Origin: Schizochytrium sp. TIO01
Taxonomy: Eukaryota; Protista; Bigyra: Labyrinthulomycetes
Assembly (NCBI GenBank): GCA_004764695.1
Contig: SMSO01000032.1
Coordinates: forward strand, 868,001-932,000
Direction: 5' to 3'
Length of the DNA stretch: 64,000 nt
Shown here: in pieces, positions 55,801-64,000 of the stretch
How the letters are laid out: each line of letters starts with the position of its first letter
Numbering within the stretch: position 1 is the stretch's first letter
Notes under the pieces: generated by a model
Database searches by the model: none
The model's input: the letters and a program-made list of their open reading frames with translations, nothing else
Told to the model about the DNA's origin: nothing
Position numbers and translations under genes: made by a program

Positions 55801-58761
55801 ATTCTTGTAGTTCTCTTTTTTCATATTTAACCGTAATAAGTGATTGTGAATCACTTCGCAAATTTGAAGAAAAAATAAAGGGACCTCTTCTTCTCAACCC
55901 ACTTCCTTTTTTATTACTTTTTTAATAGTAAAGTTATTTATACTTTTTTTTAATATATAATAAATTATACTTGCTAAATTAAGATACACCATAAGAGTAT
56001 CTCGGCATAAAATTGCAATACTCGAAGAAAAAACGTTTTTTGTTTATTTTGAATAGTATAAAAATTCAAAACAATTAAAATATAAAGTTTTGCCGACTTG
56101 TATATTAAATTTTGTATTCTTTTTATCGTTCCCTTGAACAAAATGGTTCAAACGAAAGTGTGTTTAAAGGAAAAAAGATCTTAGGCTTCTCTGGGAGTAT
56201 CTCAAACTCTCATTGAAGCATGACTAAACTCTCGAAGCATCATTTAGTTTAGAGTCAAGTGATTGAAAACATGCCGCTGACTTTGCAAGCTTTCCACTTC
56301 TTCACTATCACGAATCGATGGCCAAGTCAGCCTCGATCTTAGAATTACACTAAATTATTCTCAGCCTTCCCCAGCAGCACCAGCAGCACCAGCAGCACCA
56401 GCACCAACTTCAGTTTTTCACTCATTGCGTATCCGGAAACCCTGAATGACATTCGGAAAGGCAGACGCGCCTACATAGGCGTCAGCTCGAGCACAAGAGC
56501 AGCAACGGAAGAACGCCAGTATCAGGCAAACCTGGGTAGCTACGCAAGTATCTCTAGCTAGCTAAGCTAGTAGCTTGGCAGGCGTGAACCGAATTCATGG
56601 ACGTCGGGATATCTCTCAGCTGATACAACAGACAATCCGATACCATTAGAAAGAATTCCATTCCTTGTTTAGACTAGACTGCCTGCTGCCTATGTTGGCC
56701 TATGGCTTTAGAAACCTGAAGAGGCATTCGCACAAGAATTGAATTTATAGGCACGTAGATCATACACCTCGCTCGGCTCTCCTGTAGGATTGAAATTGCG
56801 AACTCGAGAGGAACGTAAGTACAAACGCTTTGATCGCCAGAGAAAGAAATCACGATCGATCGCTTATTAATTCTACCTACATTCTTGGTTTCTCTGTCTG
56901 ATTGACTGACCTAACTCACTCACTCACTCACTGACTCACTCACCTCACTGACTCACTGACTCACCAATTAACTGCCTCCTCAGAGGCAGCTCGATGTTTG
57001 GAAATAATGAATTTATTTCACCCCATTCGTGCATAGTGGCTAGCTAGCTAGCTACGTAGCCGTGGGTAGTTATCATCGTTTGCCTTCATTCATTCCAGCA
57101 ACCAATCGTTCGGCCGCCCTGAGTCTTCAAAGTCCGCGCCGAAGTTATCGCTCATTCGGGTGAACCGGAGGTGTGACCAACTTGTTTCGCAGGGAAAACT
57201 TACTCCATCTATTGCTTACCCCACGGGAAGCTGGTCTTGGGTCTCTTCACAGAGGCATGGGGAAAGCGTTACATCATGATACATTTCATTTCGCTGGTTG
57301 TTAAAAAGAGTCTCTCTCGGCCTCTCAAACTCTTCGCAAAGCCACAGTGGTCCCTCTCTAAATAACCTCATTTCAAACATCCCCAACCCAAGGAGAAGAA
57401 ACTGACCTCATAGGAGACCTGGCATCCAAGGAAGCGCTCCGTGCCGGCGCTGGCACATTTTTTTAAAGAGGGAATAGGCGGCGATTTAGGAGGTAGTCTA
57501 CAAGACGTTCAAATCCCTCTGTTTTCCCTTTTTTACTTTAAAAATTAAAGCAAATTGTAAATATAAACATCAATACTTTTATTTCTGCTAGCTATTTATT
57601 GTTCTCTAGAGCTAGAAGAAAGAAGATTGTAGCGTTGGATGGAGAACTAGAGTAATAAGAACTGGACAAGGCCGAGACATTGGCAATCTTTTTGCTTTCA
57701 CGGGGTTTCTTTCTCTCTTTCTCTCTTTTTTTCTTTCTTTCTTTCTTTGCTTCACCGCTTTTTCTCTTCTTTTAAATATATAAAGAGCTATCCCTCATGG
57801 AGGCCCCTTTTGAGTGGGTTTTCCTGGCTCGCAACAACTTCGAAAGAGTAAATAACGTCGAGCCAGAACACCGCCTGTGAAGTGCGTCTGCTCAAAGAGG
57901 CTTTCGAAAGGCGTTGTGGTAGATGGTCTTCCGTTCTTTCACAAGCTCTCTGGATTACTTGGGTTTCCCGCTCGGCTCCTTCCGTGCAGTGCCCACCTTG
58001 CCAAGAGAAAGCACGTTCGAGTTCAAGTCTCCAACTCCAAGTTATAACAAGACGGATCGACCCGAGTTCACGCTGCTGGTTTTAGGCAAAATTTTCAAAT
58101 ATTAAAAGGAAAAAAAAAAACACGAAAATTATTGTATGCATATATATGCATAATGCAAAGAATCAATCTTAAAAAAAACTAATATTACGGATCACCCATA
58201 GGTAAAAGAAGAACTCAAAATCATGGGCAAAGGGCAAAAGCGAAAGGTAACTTTGGAGCTCCGATGATGAGATGGAAGCGGCCAATGAAAGTACGTGCCG
58301 CTTTATCTGCTTGATATGCTTTGCTGGCTGGCCCTCTCGACTCGCCGTCATCCGTGCGCGAGGATCTTCGGACGCTCGAGGTGCTGCAGACCTCCTTCTT
58401 AAAATACGCGGCTGAACTGATGAGATATTTGTGAAAGATAGTTTGTTTCACAGGTTGAAAACTGCAAGTGCCAAAATTACTAACCCAAAGAATCAGGGGC
58501 GAGGAGTTACCTGCTTCCACGGCGAGAAAAAGCAGAGGAATACTCCCTCGTCTCAGGATTACTGCGACAACCAGTCACTCACGAGACTGCCTGGAGCGAA
58601 GTAATTCAAGCATTTTTGCGTACACGGCCCCTCGTAATTGCAAGAAGTATCACAAAATACTTCCCCACGAATTCCACGGAACACCAAACTAAGAACACAG
58701 GCCTCTTCCGAGGGGAAGCTGACAAGTGCTGACAATCAAAAATGGATGAACGAACAAACAT

Positions 58762-58836
58762 ACAAAGTAAGCAACAAACAAAGTAAGCAACAAACAAAGT
58801 AAGCAACAAACAAAGTAAGCAACAAACAAAGTAAGC
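58762..58836. repeat. 16-bp minisatellite ACAAAGTAAGCAACAA, about 4.7 copies
   Basis: Exact 16-bp periodicity from 58762. Confidence 0.95.
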
Positions 58837-59611
58837 TTACATGCTGCATCCAACTCGAGCGTGTGATAAATAGCGAATGCAACAGAGTTATGCTCCACTG
58901 GAGCTCCTGTCGTTGCTTCTCACAATGGCGTGACAGTCAAGAAGCACGACAACTTATGAAGATGACGCCAACACAGCTCTTCTGAGTAGAAGTGGGTGGG
59001 TGGAATCAAAAGGGCAGAAGCATTGCGCGAGTTTGCAGAAGATGCGTCCCAGAGGGGCGAGCTGTATTCGCTGACTGGTGCTTCCTTATCGTGAGTCCGT
59101 CTTCTTCTGTCTGCGCCGCTCTCAGCCAACCAATGATTAAATTAACAGTTCATCTCAAGCAACCAAGCAACCGAGTGAGCTACTTCACTCACTGGCTGCT
59201 CCTCCTTCCTGCTGCGCGAGATAGAATGGCTCCAGACATTGATTGCTGCGCTGCGTCTGAGAACCAACAAGAGCATGAAGAGATAGATTCCTTTTGAGGA
59301 TCGTCTTCGATGTTGGTTTATAGCTCAAACGTAGGTGTGCTGCATTTTCATAATCTGTCATCGATCGAAACTTCAAACAACTGAAGAGAAAGAAGGAATG
59401 ACGCCCAACTTCCTGTACTCTTGGTACCTAAAACGCGCTTCAAACGAGCGAGAAGAAACAACGACAATGAAAGTAGTAAGATCCTCGCAGCACCTCGCCG
59501 AGAAGAACTTTTAGGTTTGTATGCGTCTGAAACTACGAAAATATTAAAACCGCAAATCGTGAAGGCCTTTAAAACAAGTCCATACATGCGCGCAGGTCAT
59601 ACTTTCTATCG

Positions 59612-59644
<33 letters not shown>

Positions 59645-62239
59645 AAGAGAGCAGTGATTCCTTAAAAACCTCGCTTGCTTGGGTCAGACCTCAACGCGCA
59701 TGAGTAGTAGTAGTAGTAGTATGAGTAAGAAAATTGCAATTCCTTCTCTTTCTTTGAAATAAAATTGAATTCCTAATATTGATCATCAGGTGGGAAGTAG
59801 GAGCAATAGGTGCCGAGAGAGAAAGAGAGAGAGAGGTTTTTTCTAGTTCCTGGGTCCGGACCGCCACGGCAGTGGCAGTCAGGTGAACCAACGAACCGCT
59901 TCCGCGAGAATGTTCGATTTCACATTGTTGCTGTGCTCATTTCGGGTTGACCTAGATGGGCAGTGGATGCTGCCACCATCAGTGCCGAGTACGACCGACT
60001 TAAAGAACAGGTGGTCCAGCATGCATTGCATCGCCATCACAAGTTGCCCAATATGTAAGTTCTGATCGTTTTCTTCTTCTTCACGTTCATAGAACTATGC
60101 AGAAAAAAGCAGCGATTGGAGATTCTGGGAAGGCGCAGCAAAGTGAACGAACAAACTCGAGAAGCAAACGTGCAGAAACTTACTTATCCACGCAAAGCAC
60201 ACTTCATGCTGACGCCTTTGAGTCCTTTTCTTGAAATTGGTTCAAGGCAAATTTAGTTGGTTGTTCTCGCTCACACAGCGATAATAGGGTCAAGATCTTC
60301 GGTGGACCAGAACAGAGGGCAGTCGAGAACCTGTGGCGAGTCAGTCAGTCAGGCAGTTGGGCTGTCCGAGAGCATGAGAAGAAGCGCTGTTCCCCATCCT
60401 CCCTGGCCTCTCTCCAGCCTGCGTTCAACCCGACCAATAGATCTCATTTGCTGCTGGTCTCTCTGCTCTTGTAGAATGATGGAGCAGGGTAATCAACGCT
60501 GGTTTTATCCACGTCTCTGCTTGCGAGTGATGCAGGCGATGGTGGCGCTGGGCTTGAAGAGCAGAGCAGAGCAGAGAACCATATCAATATTCGCTCACTC
60601 ATTCCCTCCCCACTCGGGTCGATGACCGCGAGGTTGAACTTGTGCAAATGAGAGAAGGCGCAGCTAGTGAGATGGCCTTTTGCCGTGAAGATACTCGGTT
60701 TCCTCTCATGCATGTTTGCGCAGCAGAAAGTCGCGTTTCTGCCGGTGTCGACGGCGATGATAATGATTAAAATTGAGGAGCTGAGGAAACCAACTAAGGA
60801 GCGAGCGAGGAGATGAGATGCAGGGAGGCATGAAGACGCAGCCGGAGTCCTGCACGCTGCTCTCTCGCTGATTCTTGAAGCAAGCATGCATGCACGTATG
60901 CATGTATGCATGCATGGATGGGCGGAGCCGCGGATTGATTTTATTGTCATTGGATGTTTCATTCGTTGACCAAGTAACTTGCTGCTTGATTCCCTGGAAT
61001 CCCAGGCACATTGCCGAGGACTGCTGGGAGACAAGTCAAACGAACCAGCTTCGCCGTCATACGCCACACATCCAGACCAACTGCATGGATGCTGACGCCT
61101 TGGGGTTCAAAAGAAGTGAGGATTCTCACCACCAAACGACTACATATAGGCGTGAGTGCGCAAGATGACACGATGCTTGGCGTAGTCTCGCAAGAACGAC
61201 TGACCTTTTCCATTCGAAAAGCAACCAATTGGCAATCGACCGATTGACCATTCGAGGGTTTGACTTGTTCTTCCCGAGGCATCGAACATTTACGTCCAAG
61301 AATAACTCTCACGCACGCACGAACTCACGCAGGCAGGCAGGCACGCAGGCACGCACGCACGCACAGGAGTGGCTAGCCAGAAGTCTAGACCCTACTAGCT
61401 GATTTCTCTTCTGCGGTGCTGAAAGAACCAATGAAGCTAAAGCTGGCAGCAGGTCAGGTTCCAATGACTGACTGGTAGCCAACTCAACTCACAGCTCAGC
61501 CTGAACCAACTTATTTGACTCGCTTCCCGTTGCATCAACAGCGCTGCGATGACTTGCTGGAACCTACGTACCTGGCTAGGTAGGCATGCAGGTAGATAGA
61601 TACCTGCAAGGTAGTAAGTAGTCAGTCGGTTGGCCAGCACGGAAAAGTAAACGATGGCAGAAAATCAAATTGCACTCAATTGCAGATTGACCCTAACGTC
61701 ATCGACGCGATTGAATGAATTTGTTTGAAGATTTTTGTTTTCTGGTTTTTTAATATTAAATCTTACGCGCTTGAGTTTAATAGATCGAAGCAGACTGATG
61801 AATGGATGTCTGCTATACTCTTGGGAGGTCCTGTTGCCACTGTCGGTGTCGATCTTATCATGCAGATGGATTCCGGGCACCGGAAGTCACCTGTCCACGG
61901 TCTCAGTGAGTGAGTTTTTACTTGTATAATATCAATGAAGAAGTAGTCCCTTCCTTTCCTTGTTTCGAACCTTCTTGGTTCTGTTTTTACTACAACAACA
62001 ACAAAAACAAAAAAATCAGAGAAAAGCTTTTCAGGTGCTGCTAACCATCGGAATTAAAAGTTCATCGCATTCGCTCCAGGACCTCATTCTGAACGTGAAA
62101 CTTGCTTCTTTGGTTTTGTTAACTTCGAAGAAATCTAACAACATCTGTTTTTCATGGACCAGGGTCACCCACAGAAATAGTGACCAATGAGAAAAGCCTT
62201 TTCTGGGCAATCTCGTGTTAATCTCCTTTTTTTATCTTT

Positions 62240-62283
<44 letters not shown>

Positions 62284-64000
62284 CTACCTTAGGTACCTAC
62301 TGTTTGAACAAGGGAACCAGGGAGGTGAAAAGAAAAAAGGGGTAAGAATTCTGCTTTTTCATTCATGCGGGGTTCTTCTCGCGACTTTAACTGGGCACCT
62401 GTATCTCTCTATCGCCAATCGCAAAGAAGAAGAGTTCACTTTCTAGGTATAGATAGGTACAGCCGTGCATACGGGATATCGGACGCGGAGATCCTCCGTC
62501 GCTTCGAAACTTTGAGGGCCCCCGCTCGCATTTCAGCCCATAACAGTGACCTAGTCACATAATCGTCGAATCGCAGCAGCACGTCGCTGCTTTTATAGAT
62601 TCACTCACCCATTCATTCATTCATTCACTACCTCTGACTACTGAGAGTGGGAGCGTATTACTCAGTAGTGAGACGTATACATATATGTGTATATTATCAT
62701 GGCGAGGACAGCGGCGTTTTGTCCGGGGAAGCCCTCGCAACTTCTCGTGAAGCGAGGCGAAGCGAATTGGAGGTGAGCTCTGCTCTGCACCAGTTTGGGT
62801 CTCTTGCGCTTGCAGGCTCCAGAGTGCTTGAAGAACCCTGTGCCCTGGCGGCATGCGTCGCTTGCTCGCTAATGATTTACAAACGCCACGGCTGGCGGCT
62901 GAAGCAGACAGATGAGTTCGCACGCATGTTAGCTTGAAGCTGTAGTTTTTTTGATAAAAAGAAATACAGGAATCCTGACCTTTAGAACTTGCTTGTGAGA
63001 TTATCGGAGGCGACAACTCTCATAGAACAAGGCAGCCGAGCCTAAGCTATCTCGGCGAAAGAAATTGGCCAGATTAAATATACAAATAACAATCAGGGGG
63101 AAGCCACAAGGCTGACGGCAACAACGCCTCCAAGAATGCTATCTCTTGCCTTCTTCTTCAGCTTGTTCGACTTTTTTGTTTTAGTTTTTAATTTATTTTT
63201 TTTTTAAACAAATATGTAAATGCTTTTTGGCTTTTTATTCAGACCTCGGAAAAACTTCTGATTCTATTTGTTTTTCTGTCTGGTAACTTTATTTTGCTTT
63301 TATAGCCTTTAAAACAAATATATATTTTAAAAGAAAACGTTTTAAAGAAAATATTCTCTAAGGGATGATCATTTCTTCTGTTTTGTTTTGTTTTGTTTTT
63401 GTGAATGTGGAAGCCCTCTTTTTTTTTTTTATAGTTTAAAATTATACCTTCCTACATGTAAAACGAACGTGTGCGCAAGCACTATCTCTTTCTTCAGCTT
63501 TTCCCTTCTTGGAAAACGTGCTACCTTTCAGAATATAATTTTTTGCTCTTTTCTCTTTCACCTTCCGAGCATCTTCCCCCTCCTCAAACAACCTTTTTAA
63601 ACTCAACTCGTTTTAATAATTTTTACTTTACAGATAGATTAATTCGTACCAGTTCAAGTTCAAAAGTAAATCTACATGATTACTTCGAATGATCTCCGCA
63701 TTCATTCACTTTCAACTTTCATTCATTCGTCCAAAGAATTGGACCAATCAAGTCGAGCGAGCAAATCTCTAAGTGTAGTGTCACGAGAATGCATCGACCT
63801 CTTAGTCTTTTGTTTGGAATTGCGGGTAACCCGTGCACAAGAAATATATATATATATAAATAAATAAAAAGCCCTTCAGACAGATAGAGAGAACGGCGAA
63901 CAGGAGCATTCCTTCTTTTCTTTCAATAGTATGAGGTGCGTGCTTCTCCAGGGTCGCAAACACAAAGACTTCACAAGGACATGCCTATGTACCTCGTTGC

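Noticed and set aside
38180-61100. Many 100-200-aa ORFs in the desert (poly-K/R/F, FIHS, CLFV, poly-Q)
   Set aside because: They are translations of microsatellites or GC-rich non-coding blocks, with no domain content or coding bias.
1-64000. tRNA, rRNA, snRNA genes and telomeric arrays
   Set aside because: No convincing cloverleaf, rRNA or snRNA signature and no TTAGG/TTAGGG array seen by eye. An Infernal/tRNAscan run would be needed to exclude them formally.

Overview
Eukaryotic, intron-poor genomic DNA. A stramenopile, probably a thraustochytrid (Aurantiochytrium/Schizochytrium-like), is inferred from the SAH hydrolase type, single-exon genes and microsatellite-rich spacers; this is not proven. 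The first 31.4 kb holds nine intact genes: an EF-hand/ankyrin/FN3 protein, S-adenosylhomocysteine hydrolase, a NYN nuclease with a probable LOTUS-like C-terminus, a 791-aa protein with an unrecognised short helical repeat, a PH-PP2C phosphatase, LSm4, a BLOC1S4-like protein, a TPR protein and a SAM-like protein. Several decayed coding relics lie between them. The remaining ~32.6 kb has no credible CDS and is dense in microsatellites and small tandem duplications. The main discovery is a small, internally deleted IS607-type element at ~29.38-30.00 kb that the ORF track does not reveal. It has a MerR-like HTH start of a TnpA serine recombinase joined directly to the C-terminal RuvC/zinc-finger portion of a Fanzor2 (eukaryotic TnpB) nuclease. 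A structured 3' region resembling an omegaRNA scaffold follows it. All family assignments come from motif recognition by eye; no searches were run.
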